Source of the DNA: Raphidiopsis brookii D9
Lineage (GTDB): Bacteria > Cyanobacteriota > Cyanobacteriia > Cyanobacteriales > Nostocaceae
Assembly (NCBI GenBank): GCA_000175855.1
Contig: ACYB01000035.1
Coordinates: forward strand, 240,001 to 272,000
Reading direction: 5' to 3'
DNA: 32,000 bases
The translations under genes and the position numbers were made by a program. The notes under the pieces are model-generated. The model saw nothing but the letters and a program-made list of their open reading frames with translations, was not told where the DNA came from and searched no databases. Of the stretch, positions 1 through 8,498 are shown piece after piece (the first letter of the stretch is position 1; each line of letters begins with the position of its first letter).

Positions 1-187
1 TCCAGGTGGCCAGGGCCATAATACTCACCAACTTCCGACGATTATATAACAAAGTTGCCAATAAGGGGGATTGTTCACAGAGGATGAAACAGCAGTTTTC
101 AGCTGATCCCCAGGGGAATTTTCCAGGTTACCCCGTGTTTTTGGTGGTTTGACAGGAGTGGAAATACTGACTAAAATCTCAGGCATG

Positions 188-206
188 GAGCGATCGCTCT
201 TCTGTT
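188..206 (+). repeat. Left copy of 19-bp direct repeat GAGCGATCGCTCTTCTGTT (HIP1 core), 20 nt upstream of sxtO
   Basis: Exact 19/19 match to 25448-25466 in the same orientation. It contains GCGATCGC inside the palindrome GAGCGATCGCTC. Confidence 0.9.
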
Positions 207-225
207 TAGTCTAAACTCCAGCAAT

Positions 226-828
226 ATGAAATCAACTAATATTCACTATACAAAACATCTTATATCTCCATATGATCGTTATCTAAAGAATGGTCATAAA
301 AGCGGGATTCTATGGTTTACTGGACTGTCCGGGGCTGGTAAAACAACATTGGCTTTAAAATTAGAGCAGACTTTGTTCGAGAAAGGATGGTCTACCTTTG
401 TTTTAGATGGTGATAGTGTTCGTCATGGACTGTGTTCCGATTTAGGATTTTCTGCTAGTGATCGCTCAGAAAATATCCGTCGTTTGGGTGAGGTTGCCAA
501 ACTCTTTGCGGAGTCAGGATGCCTAGTGATCACTGCCTTCATCTCACCCTACAGGAATGACCGAGAACAGGTGCGTAGACTAGCTGGAGATCTATTTCAT
601 GAAGTATACATTGCAACTCCACTGGAACTTTGTGAGCAGCGTGATCCGAAAGGTCTTTATCTAAAAGCACGCAGTGGGGAAATAGATGGATTTACGGGAA
701 TCAGCGCCCCTTATGAACCACCCAATAGCCCAGATTTATGGGTGGAAACATCCGAACTCACCGTCGAGGAAAGCCTAGAACAACTACTCAAATACGTGGA
801 AAACAAATTCACAATTTTCAAACAATAG
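226..828 (+). CDS. sxtO: Adenylylsulfate (APS) kinase; PAPS supply for toxin sulfation
   Basis: 200-aa ORF with P-loop GLSGAGKTT and CysC-like DLGFSASDRSENIRR and FTGISAPYE motifs. The 603-bp length and the position next to sxtP match the published sxt cluster as I recall it. Confidence 0.9.
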   Translation: MKSTNIHYTKHLISPYDRYLKNGHKSGILWFTGLSGAGKTTLALKLEQTLFEKGWSTFVLDGDSVRHGLCSDLGFSASDRSENIRRLGEVAKLFAESGCLVITAFISPYRNDREQVRRLAGDLFHEVYIATPLELCEQRDPKGLYLKARSGEIDGFTGISAPYEPPNSPDLWVETSELTVEESLEQLLKYVENKFTIFKQ

Positions 829-987
829 ATTATAGCTGATTTATAAAGAAAATCTAAATAGAACTCAATATGGCTTAACTTAGGTGATAGGCTAGGTCAA
901 AGATAGATATTTTGCGATCAATACCTTTCTTCATACACGATGGTGTATGGCTACAAACATTGTTAATACATTTGAACTATACAACTC

Positions 988-2214
988 GTGAAAAGGCTCA
1001 CTTTATTAATTATAGCGGGGATATTATCTGTTAGTACATTTTTATGTATAATTCCTGTTGCATTAGCAAATATAACTGACTATTATTTGAAGAATGAAAA
1101 GCTTTCTGGGCAATTTAGTGTTCCGGTTAATTTGTCCGTAGGAGTGAGATTTGCCCACAGGAGTAGTTATGCTACTGCTATTAACTTCCCAACTGGTCTT
1201 GATGCTGACTCTGTAGCAGTTGGGGATTTCAATAGCGATAGTAAGCTCGACCTGGCTGTTACAAATTGGTTCGACAATAACGTCTCGGTCTTACTGGGAA
1301 ATGGTAATGGGTCTTTTGGCGCAGCCACTAACTTTCCAGTCGGTACTAATCCCGTCTTTGTAGTGACTGGGGATGTAAATGGCGACAGCAAGCTTGACCT
1401 GGCTGTTGCAAATTTTAGTAGCAATAACGTCTCGGTCTTACTAGGAAATGGTAATGGGTCTTTTGGCGCAGCCACTAACTTTTCAGTTGGTACTAACCCT
1501 TATTCTGTAGCCATTGGAGATGTGAATAACGATAGTGAGCTTGACCTTGCTTTTACAAATTGGTTCGACAATAAGGTCTTGGTTTTACTGGGAAATGGTA
1601 ATGGGTCTTTTGGCGCAGCCAGCAGCTTCCCTGTGGATACTTATTCGATTTCCGTAGCGATTGCGGATTTTAATAGCGACAGTAAGCTCGACCTTGCTAT
1701 TACAAATTGGGTCAGCAATAACGTCTCGGTCTTACTGGGAAATGGTAATGGGTCTTTTGGCGCAGCCACTAACTTTCCAGTCGGTACTAATCCCATATTT
1801 GTAGCAACTGGGGATGTAAATGGCGACAGCAAGCTTGACCTGGCTGTTGCAAATACTAGCAGCAATAACGTCTCGGTCTTACTGGGAAATGGTAATGGGT
1901 CTTTTGGCGCAGCCACTAACTTTCCAGCCGGTACTAATCCCTACTCTGTAGCGATTAGAGATGTGAATGGCGACAGTAAACTTGACCTGGCTGTTACAAA
2001 TTATAGTAGCAATAACGTCTCGGTCTTACCAGGAAATGGTAATGGGTCTTTTGGCATAGCTACTAACTTTCCAGTCGGTACTAATCCTGAATCTATAGCA
2101 ATTGCGGATTTCAACGGCGACAGCAAGCTTGACCTCGCTGTCACAAATTCTGGCAACAACAACGTCTCGATCTTGTTGAATAATTTTCAGGGACTTCCAA
2201 AAAATAAGATATAG
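988..2214 (+). CDS. sxtP: Secreted FG-GAP/VCBS-repeat (seven-bladed beta-propeller-type) protein; proposed toxin-binding protein
   Basis: 408-aa ORF with a GTG start at 988 and an N-terminal signal-like segment MKRLTLLIIAGILSVSTFLCIIPVALA. It carries seven 49-aa repeats, each with a D-x-N-x-D-x-x-x-D loop and an NNVSVLLGNGNGSFG motif. The 1227-bp length matches sxtP. Confidence 0.85.
   Translation: MKRLTLLIIAGILSVSTFLCIIPVALANITDYYLKNEKLSGQFSVPVNLSVGVRFAHRSSYATAINFPTGLDADSVAVGDFNSDSKLDLAVTNWFDNNVSVLLGNGNGSFGAATNFPVGTNPVFVVTGDVNGDSKLDLAVANFSSNNVSVLLGNGNGSFGAATNFSVGTNPYSVAIGDVNNDSELDLAFTNWFDNKVLVLLGNGNGSFGAASSFPVDTYSISVAIADFNSDSKLDLAITNWVSNNVSVLLGNGNGSFGAATNFPVGTNPIFVATGDVNGDSKLDLAVANTSSNNVSVLLGNGNGSFGAATNFPAGTNPYSVAIRDVNGDSKLDLAVTNYSSNNVSVLPGNGNGSFGIATNFPVGTNPESIAIADFNGDSKLDLAVTNSGNNNVSILLNNFQGLPKNKI
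1168..2196 (+). repeat. Seven in-frame tandem 147-bp repeats inside sxtP, with a 441-bp higher-order period
   Basis: Repeat starts fall at 1168, 1315, 1462, 1609, 1756, 1903 and 2050. The blocks at ~1281-1500 and ~1721-1940 are near-identical at the DNA level. Confidence 0.9.
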
Positions 2215-2326
2215 AATGACCTGCCACATAGTAATGATAATAATTATGTGTAGGGGGTTGAAGTCCCATCCATCAGGTGTCACTTCCATCGTTTTTGTAT
2301 AAATAAGCTCACTTTTCAACTCAGCT

Positions 2327-3103
2327 ATGGTAATCAAGAATTTATGTCCTGACGGAGTTACACCAATCTGGAACAAAAGCCAGATGGAATCCTCTCTTCT
2401 AGAGGAGTGCCTTCCTGCTTGGGTACGCACTAGCTACTCAACATTTGTTGAAACAATCAGCGATTCTGCCTTCCCTTGCTTCTGGGGAACTATCGGGGAA
2501 CAGAAGGGAATGATTCGATACCTGATAGTCTCATCTTTAACTGACCCGATCTTGGTTGAGCATACGCTTGAGGGTATCTACAAATACATTGATGAAGTTA
2601 ATGAAAACGAATTGCTTCAGCACGAAAATGCGGATCTTCTGACACTTGTCATCTTTTTCCCACCTGAACCAACAGTTCTTACAGTAGAGGAATATGCAGG
2701 TCAAGCATTTGATTTTTTGAATGCGTTACATAGCCTTGATGCGGTGTCTTGTCCCTGCCATTGGTCTGCCGATCCGCAGTCTGCTAACTGGTCTTATTCT
2801 CTAGGAGGGTGTGCCTTATTTGTTAGTGTTTCCACTCCAGCAAATCAAAAGCGGCGATCGCGCCACCTTGGGTCAGGAATGACTTTTGTCATCACACCAG
2901 TTGAAGTCCTCTTGAATAAACATGGTGGCGAGAATTCGAGCATTTTTCGCCGCGTCCGAGAGTACGACGGCATTCCACCTCACCCTAACTTATTAATTAT
3001 GCCTGGGAATGGGAAAGTCGGTAATGAATTGACAGTGCAAGTACTTCCAGATAATAACGATAGTGAGATCTCATTTGACTTCCAGTATAAATTTAAGGAT
3101 TAG
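2327..3103 (+). CDS. sxtQ: SxtQ, conserved sxt protein of unknown function
   Basis: 258-aa ORF (777 bp). I can assign no catalytic motif. The call rests on length and on position between sxtP and sxtR. Confidence 0.7.
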   Translation: MVIKNLCPDGVTPIWNKSQMESSLLEECLPAWVRTSYSTFVETISDSAFPCFWGTIGEQKGMIRYLIVSSLTDPILVEHTLEGIYKYIDEVNENELLQHENADLLTLVIFFPPEPTVLTVEEYAGQAFDFLNALHSLDAVSCPCHWSADPQSANWSYSLGGCALFVSVSTPANQKRRSRHLGSGMTFVITPVEVLLNKHGGENSSIFRRVREYDGIPPHPNLLIMPGNGKVGNELTVQVLPDNNDSEISFDFQYKFKD

Positions 3104-3113
3104 CCAATAACCA

Positions 3114-3890
3114 ATGACCATTCAAATTGTACAGCATAATTTAGAGTATAGCTTTGTAACCCCAAAAGAAACTTCTGATTTTGTGGAAAGGACGATGAGT
3201 GTCTTTGATCAAGCATACCCAAAATTTTTGATACATGATGTCTGGGCAGATCCAGCTTCCTTAGCTCTATTTGAAATTTATCCAGAATTCCAGTTTGGGT
3301 TAGTAGAAGCTACCACACAGCTTATGATAGCGCAAGGAAACTGTATCCCTTTAACTTATGAAAGCCGTTTTGATGAGTTACCGGACGAAGGTTGTGACTG
3401 GGCTTTAGCCAAGTGGCTTGAAGACCGAGAACAGAACCGCCTGCCTAATGCGTTATGTGTAGTATCGATTTCAATCCTACCAGAGTATCAAGGCAAAAAC
3501 TTGAGTCAGTATCTGATTGGATACATGAAAGAACTTGCTCAATACCACGGTCTTAATTCTTTGATCATGGCTGCACGTCCAAGCCTAAAATATCTTTACC
3601 CACTTATACCCATAGAGCGGTATATTACCTGGCGAGATAAAAATGGTCTTATATTTGACCCTTGGTTACGAGTTAATGTCAAACATGGGGCTAAAATTGC
3701 AGGGATCTGTTTTAAATCCACAACAATTAATGATACTATTGACGGTTGGGAAGATAGAGTTGGGATGCGTTTTCCAGAAACTGGTGACTATATTATTCCC
3801 AAAGGCTTAGTACCTGTCAAAATTGACTATCCCAACAATATGGGAATATACATCGAGCCTAATATATGGTTATACTATGACCTAGATTAA
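3114..3890 (+). CDS. sxtR: SxtR, acyl-CoA N-acyltransferase-like protein
   Basis: 258-aa ORF (777 bp), 10 nt after sxtQ. Length and synteny match sxtR. The segment ISILPEYQGKNLSQYLIGYMKELA resembles a GNAT acetyl-CoA-binding segment. Confidence 0.7.
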   Translation: MTIQIVQHNLEYSFVTPKETSDFVERTMSVFDQAYPKFLIHDVWADPASLALFEIYPEFQFGLVEATTQLMIAQGNCIPLTYESRFDELPDEGCDWALAKWLEDREQNRLPNALCVVSISILPEYQGKNLSQYLIGYMKELAQYHGLNSLIMAARPSLKYLYPLIPIERYITWRDKNGLIFDPWLRVNVKHGAKIAGICFKSTTINDTIDGWEDRVGMRFPETGDYIIPKGLVPVKIDYPNNMGIYIEPNIWLYYDLD

Positions 3891-3929
3891 TATCCACTAA
3901 ATCCTTTGGATTGCAAGAGAATAAGAGAG

Positions 3930-4655
3930 ATGCTCACAGCGGAACAAAAACAAGCTTACACAAATGATGGTTATTTCACAGTTGAAGAAGCTGTACCAAA
4001 AGCGTTAATTGAAGAAATACGGCATGAAGTAGAACTTATTACCGAACAAAAACGTGGGGGAGTATTGGCGGGTGACTATGAGTGGTGGTCTGAGCATACT
4101 ATCCCAGATCCAGTTAGGTATCAAAAGATAATTCAGAGGCTTTTAGAGCTTCCAACTGTGATGGAACCAGTACAGGCTCTAATTGGGTCTGATATCTTCC
4201 TATTGATCACCGATCTAGCCATAATTCGTGCAGGTACAGGATACATTGCTTGGCATCAAGACCATGGATATGTAGTTGAAGTATTGAACGCACTTGCATC
4301 CATGTCAAAAAACGAGTTAAATGACGACGAGCTTCGGTTGTTGGTTCCAGTAGCCAATCAAGCCATGGTATTCATAACTATATACTTACAGGATACAGAT
4401 AATACTATGGGTACAATGCGAGTTATACCAAGTAGCCACCAATGGGAACACTCATTAGATTCATCTTCTGCCAATTCACTAAATGCAGAAATATGTCTTT
4501 CACTTCCAGGAGGGGCAGCAATGTTTTATACACCAACTGTATGGCATACCGCAGCTGCCAACACTTCAATTACCGATTACAGGATGCTAACTCTGATTTT
4601 TACAAAAAACAACATCAAACCACTGTTGGTGGATGCCTTGAAAAGGATAATTTAG
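3930..4655 (+). CDS. sxtS: PhyH-type non-heme Fe(II)/2-oxoglutarate dioxygenase
   Basis: The ORF is open from a TTG at 3906. The ATG at 3930 gives 241 aa / 726 bp, matching the length I recall for sxtS. An HxD motif (WHQDHGY) and a distal His (VWHTAAAN) are typical of phytanoyl-CoA-dioxygenase-like enzymes. Confidence 0.8.
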   Translation: MLTAEQKQAYTNDGYFTVEEAVPKALIEEIRHEVELITEQKRGGVLAGDYEWWSEHTIPDPVRYQKIIQRLLELPTVMEPVQALIGSDIFLLITDLAIIRAGTGYIAWHQDHGYVVEVLNALASMSKNELNDDELRLLVPVANQAMVFITIYLQDTDNTMGTMRVIPSSHQWEHSLDSSSANSLNAEICLSLPGGAAMFYTPTVWHTAAANTSITDYRMLTLIFTKNNIKPLLVDALKRII

Positions 4656-4732
4656 CGATCGCAGGCTCAAACACAAGCATAAACTTAAATTCTGACTTAC
4701 GCCTCGCTGGCTGGCAAAACTAGGAGACAATT

Positions 4733-5737
4733 ATGACAACTACCGACCCAATCTTAATCAATAACTGGCACGTAGTCGCCAATGTAGAAGACTGTAAACC
4801 TGGAAGTATCACCAGATCTCGTTTGTTGGGAGTGAAGTTGGTATTATGGCGCAGTTATGAACAAAATTCACCCATACAGGTATGGCTTGACTACTGCCCC
4901 CACCGAGGTGTTCCTCTGTCTATGGGAGAAATTACGAATAATACTTTAGTTTGTCCGTATCACGGATGGAGATACAATGAGGCTGGTAAATGCATACAGA
5001 TCCCAGCTCACCCTGGCATGGTACCACCGGCAAGTGCTGAAGCCAGGACATATCACTCCCAGGAGCGCTATGGCTTAGTGTGGGTGTGCTTGGGCGATCC
5101 TGTTAATGATATACCTTCATTTCCTGAATGGGATGATCCGAATTATCACAAGACTTATACCAAGTCTTACTTGATTAAAGCTAGTGCGTTTCGTGTGATG
5201 GATAATTCCTTAGACGTGTCTCATTTTCCTTTTATCCATGACGGTTGGTTAGGTGATCGCAATTATACAAAAGTGGAAGAATTTGAGGTGAAATTAGATA
5301 AAGATGGCCTTACTATGGGTAAGTATCAATTCCAGACATCAAGGATTGTCAGCCATATCGAAGATGACTCTTGGGTTAATTGGTTCAGGCTTAGTCATCC
5401 TTTATGTCAATACTGCGTTTCAGAATCCCCTGAAATGAGGATTGTGGATTTAATGACGATCACACCGATTGATGAGGAAAATAGTGTATTGCGTATGTTG
5501 ATAATGTGGAACGGGTATGAAATGTTAGAGTCAAAGATGCTAACTGAATATGACGAAACAATAGAACAAGATATTCGGATCTTACATGCACAACAGCCGG
5601 TACGTTTACCACTGTTAACTCCAAAGCAGATAAATACACAATTGTTTTCACACGAAATCCACGTACCATCAGATAGATGCACACTTGCCTATCGTCGATG
5701 GCTAAAGCAACTAGGTGTTACTTATGGGGTTTGTTAA
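4733..5737 (+). CDS. sxtT: Rieske non-heme iron oxygenase (saxitoxin C12 hydroxylase type)
   Basis: 334-aa ORF with Rieske motif CPHRGVPLSMG...CPYHGWRY and mononuclear-iron region DVSHFPFIHDG. RBS AGGAG lies 7 nt upstream. It sits next to sxtS and sxtU as in published clusters. Confidence 0.9.
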   Translation: MTTTDPILINNWHVVANVEDCKPGSITRSRLLGVKLVLWRSYEQNSPIQVWLDYCPHRGVPLSMGEITNNTLVCPYHGWRYNEAGKCIQIPAHPGMVPPASAEARTYHSQERYGLVWVCLGDPVNDIPSFPEWDDPNYHKTYTKSYLIKASAFRVMDNSLDVSHFPFIHDGWLGDRNYTKVEEFEVKLDKDGLTMGKYQFQTSRIVSHIEDDSWVNWFRLSHPLCQYCVSESPEMRIVDLMTITPIDEENSVLRMLIMWNGYEMLESKMLTEYDETIEQDIRILHAQQPVRLPLLTPKQINTQLFSHEIHVPSDRCTLAYRRWLKQLGVTYGVC

Positions 5738-5878
5738 TTTAAGTTGAATGGCACTAAAAAATAAAGTGATCACTAAGCACTTTATGCGTTCCTATATAAA
5801 ATCACCAAAGAACAAAATCAAGTACAAAACGCACTTATTACATATTGCACCAGCAAAACGAAAACTAAGGAGTGACTG

Positions 5879-6625
5879 ATGGCAGGTAAATTGGATGGAA
5901 AAGTGGCGATTATTACTGGAGCTTCCTCTGGGATTGGAGAGGCTACAGCATTTGCTTTAGCTGCGGAGGGAGCAAAAGTTGCGATCGCCGCAAGACGTGC
6001 TGAGCTTTTGCATGCACTAGCAAAACGGATTGAAGCCAGTGGTGGTCAAGCATTGCCTATTGTTACAGATATTACAGACGAATCTCAAGTAAATCATCTA
6101 GTCCAAAAGACCAAGGTTGAGCTAGGACATGTAGATATTTTGGTGAATAATGCAGGAATTGGTGTGTTTGGTGCAATTGATACTGGAAATCCCGCAGACT
6201 GGAGGCGAGCATTCGATGTGAATGTTCTGGGAGTTTTATATGCTATCCACGCAGTTTTGCCTCTTCTGAAGGCCCAAAAATCCGGTCATATAGTCAATAT
6301 ATCTTCTGTCGATGGCAGGATAGCGCAGTCCGGTGCGGTCGTTTATAGTGCTGCCAAATCAGGCGTCAATGCTCTTTCAGAAGCATTACGCCAGGAGGTA
6401 TCTTTAGACAACATTCGCGTTACCATCATTGAGCCAGGTTTAGTCGATACGCCATTTAATGACTTAATTTCTGACCCGATCACGAAACAGCTTAGTAAAG
6501 AACAACTTAGTACAATAACACCTTTACAAAGTGAGGATATTGCAAGAGCTATAATTTATGCAGTGACACAACCCGATCATGTAAATGTAAATGAAATTTT
6601 GATTCGACCGACTGCAGAAGATTAG
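5879..6625 (+). CDS. sxtU: Short-chain dehydrogenase/reductase
   Basis: 248-aa ORF with TGASSGIG, NNAG and YSAAK motifs. RBS AAGGAG lies upstream. The position matches sxtU. Confidence 0.9.
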   Translation: MAGKLDGKVAIITGASSGIGEATAFALAAEGAKVAIAARRAELLHALAKRIEASGGQALPIVTDITDESQVNHLVQKTKVELGHVDILVNNAGIGVFGAIDTGNPADWRRAFDVNVLGVLYAIHAVLPLLKAQKSGHIVNISSVDGRIAQSGAVVYSAAKSGVNALSEALRQEVSLDNIRVTIIEPGLVDTPFNDLISDPITKQLSKEQLSTITPLQSEDIARAIIYAVTQPDHVNVNEILIRPTAED

Positions 6626-6693
6626 CCCCATATTTGGAAAATTGGCAAAGGTATCATAATTAAAAGGAGTGTCAAGACCAAGGCAATTCAAGC

Positions 6694-6860
6694 CGTTCTT
6701 TAAGGGAGTTCCACTCCCTCTCTGTTACCCCAGGTTAGTTCCTGTCAATAGACATACTCTCATAAAATCCACAATCAGCTATTGATTGAGCTAATTTATG
6801 GTTTGATAGCATCCCAGAGACGTTTAAATCTTCTACTACTATCTTGGCAAAGTCACTCAT
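6694..6860 (-). pseudogene. Relic of an IS200/IS605-family TnpB (OrfB) gene; internal fragment only
   Basis: The minus-strand frame from 6860 reads MSDFAKIVVEDLNVSGMLSNHKLAQSIADCGFYESMSIDRN*. This matches the conserved TnpB RuvC-II region (vEDLNvkgM.kNhkLAksI.D.gF.eF). A shifted frame continues QELTWGNREGVELP. There are no N-terminal or zinc-finger parts and no IS ends. Confidence 0.7.
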
Positions 6861-6879
6861 AGGTTTGTCTATTAAATTG

Positions 6880-8307
6880 TCAACTTAGGACAAGCTCTTC
6901 ACCATCATCACTATTGGCAATCTTTTTGGCAATCTCTTGATAAAAACGAACCATTAAAATGACTCCGGACAGGAGTGGACTCAAAACCATACCTAACCAG
7001 ATACCCATACCGCCCCAACCTAAAATGGTTCCCATGTAATAGCTTACTGCCAAGCCAAGACCCCAGCTTACCAAATTCATTAACAATGGCATGAACGTAT
7101 CTTGTAACCCGATCAAAGCCCCAACAATAATTATTTGAATACTGTAAAAAAATTGGAATAATCCTGCCAAGACGAGAAAAGTAGTTGCTGTCTTAACTGC
7201 TTCCATACTCTCTGGATCGTTTATTTTTAAATAAAGTCCCGCAATCTGATATGGAAACAACCAAAAAATCAATGCCACAGCACTGGCATAAATGCCACCA
7301 ATCATAATCCCAATTAATGCTGCCCTTCTGGCACCCAAAGGGTTTTTTTCTCCCATAGTCTGACCTACTCTCGTGACGGTAACATTCCCGATTCCAAGAG
7401 GTATCACTATGGCCAGTTCTGCTGTTTGGATCGCGATCTCATGAGCTGCTAATGTTACTGTTCCCAAATACCCTGCTAGCCAAGCGCTGAGGCTCAATAC
7501 TGCTGATTCCACTCCCAGTAGAAAACCCATAGGCCATCCAGTTTGAAAAATTTCCACAACCGTCTGTCGATCAAACTGATGCAAGTAGCGGAAAAGTTGA
7601 TAATCTCTAACTTTTGGGGAGAAAATCAGCAAGACAACCCCCACCAGAAAACTAATCCAAAAAACCAAAGTACTTGCCCAACCTATTCCAGCTAAACCAA
7701 GTTCAGGAAGACCAAATTTACCGAACATTAATACATAATTAGCCGGGGCATTCAAGACCAGCCCTACTAGCATCGTGACAGTTACCAATTGGGGGACGTT
7801 CACAGCAGAGGCAATGCCTCTTAATATCTTAATGCCAAGTGCAGCCGGAAAACCCCACACAATTGAGTGTAAATAAGTTTTTGCCAGTAACACATTGCTT
7901 TGTTGTTGACCAAATAGTAGCAAGATAGTGTCACCATGCCAAAGCATAAACATTGCAGGTAGAGACAAGGCCGTTGCTAGCCATAAATTTCCAGAAGCAA
8001 TACGACATAATCGATCTATGTTGTTGGCCCCAAAAGCCTCGGCTGCTTGCGCTCCTCCTGCTAAAAGCGTACTAGAGCAGGTGAACAATAAAGTCAAAAA
8101 AGCGATCACACCTAAAGCACCACCAGCCAAAACTTGAGTACCAAGTAAGCCCATCATGACTACATCCACTGTATTGATACTCGTTTCGCATGTTTCGACA
8201 ACGACTAAGGGGATTGCTAATTGTAGGCTAACTCGTGCCTCCGATCTAAGCTCTGACTTATATCCTTTTGATGTTACTTCTGCTAATCCGTTTTGGGTGT
8301 TTATCAT
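6880..8307 (-). CDS. sxtM: MATE-family efflux transporter (toxin export)
   Basis: 475-aa polytopic membrane ORF. It is a clear paralog of the ORF at 16680-18095 (sxtF), sharing long blocks such as HGDTILLLFGQ, FGKFGLPELGLAGIGWA and YSIQIIIVGAL. Confidence 0.9.
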   Translation of the reverse strand: MINTQNGLAEVTSKGYKSELRSEARVSLQLAIPLVVVETCETSINTVDVVMMGLLGTQVLAGGALGVIAFLTLLFTCSSTLLAGGAQAAEAFGANNIDRLCRIASGNLWLATALSLPAMFMLWHGDTILLLFGQQQSNVLLAKTYLHSIVWGFPAALGIKILRGIASAVNVPQLVTVTMLVGLVLNAPANYVLMFGKFGLPELGLAGIGWASTLVFWISFLVGVVLLIFSPKVRDYQLFRYLHQFDRQTVVEIFQTGWPMGFLLGVESAVLSLSAWLAGYLGTVTLAAHEIAIQTAELAIVIPLGIGNVTVTRVGQTMGEKNPLGARRAALIGIMIGGIYASAVALIFWLFPYQIAGLYLKINDPESMEAVKTATTFLVLAGLFQFFYSIQIIIVGALIGLQDTFMPLLMNLVSWGLGLAVSYYMGTILGWGGMGIWLGMVLSPLLSGVILMVRFYQEIAKKIANSDDGEELVLS

Positions 8308-8498
8308 ACCTCATATCTCAGCTTTAGAATTAGTACTATGTGTCTTACTTTTTTCGTATCCGGTGTTTCCATATCGTTCTACTGATATAGTCTTCACATT
8401 ATCTACTCAATCAGGAATATTTTAGTTACAGTTCTTTTCCCTTATCTTGTCTGGATCACAACCTAATTTCTGGAGATGTCTACTCTATGCAACTGAAA

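Noticed and set aside
41-61. TATAAT (minus strand, 46-41) and TTGGCA (61-56) as a promoter for a possible leftward gene starting at ATG 19
   Set aside because: The spacing between the two boxes is only 9 nt, and only 6 codons of the putative gene are in the window. I cannot support any feature in 1-187.
1167-1916. Antisense ORFs 1167-1475 and 1641-1916 (both starting MAAPKDPLPFPSKTETLL) opposite sxtP
   Set aside because: They are mirror images of the sxtP tandem repeats. Their apparent conservation is a by-product of repeat identity. The sense frame has a signal peptide and coherent FG-GAP repeat structure.
1168-2196. Regular tandem repeats as a possible CRISPR array
   Set aside because: The period is 147 bp with no unique spacers. 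The repeats are in frame and encode protein blades. There are no cas genes.
2026-2430. 134-aa minus-strand ORF spanning the sxtP end and sxtQ start
   Set aside because: It overlaps two well-supported + strand genes, has a low-complexity sequence, and shows no motif or RBS.
2327-3890. sxtQ and sxtR having identical length (258 aa each), suggesting a tandem duplication
   Set aside because: The two protein sequences show no similarity that I can detect. The equal length appears coincidental.
4442-4723. 93-aa + strand ORF overlapping the 3' end of sxtS
   Set aside because: It is an alternative frame of sxtS running into the spacer. It has no recognisable features, and the sxtS frame carries the dioxygenase motifs.
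5738-5800. Weak hairpin AAAGTG-(9 nt)-CACTTT after sxtT as a terminator
   Set aside because: It has an AT-rich 6-bp stem with a large loop and no clear U-tract, which is too weak to call.
6703-6719. Hairpin AGGGAGT-TCC-ACTCCCT as the sxtU terminator
   Set aside because: It has a 7-bp stem but no following U-tract on either strand. It lies within the TnpB relic coding remnant, so it is not called.
7928-8425. ORFs 7928-8137 and 8156-8425 antisense to or upstream of sxtM, and similar ORFs 17058-17264 and 17331-17543 opposite sxtF
   Set aside because: They are opposite-strand frames of membrane-protein genes, Ala/Pro/Lys-rich and motif-free. They are most likely spurious.
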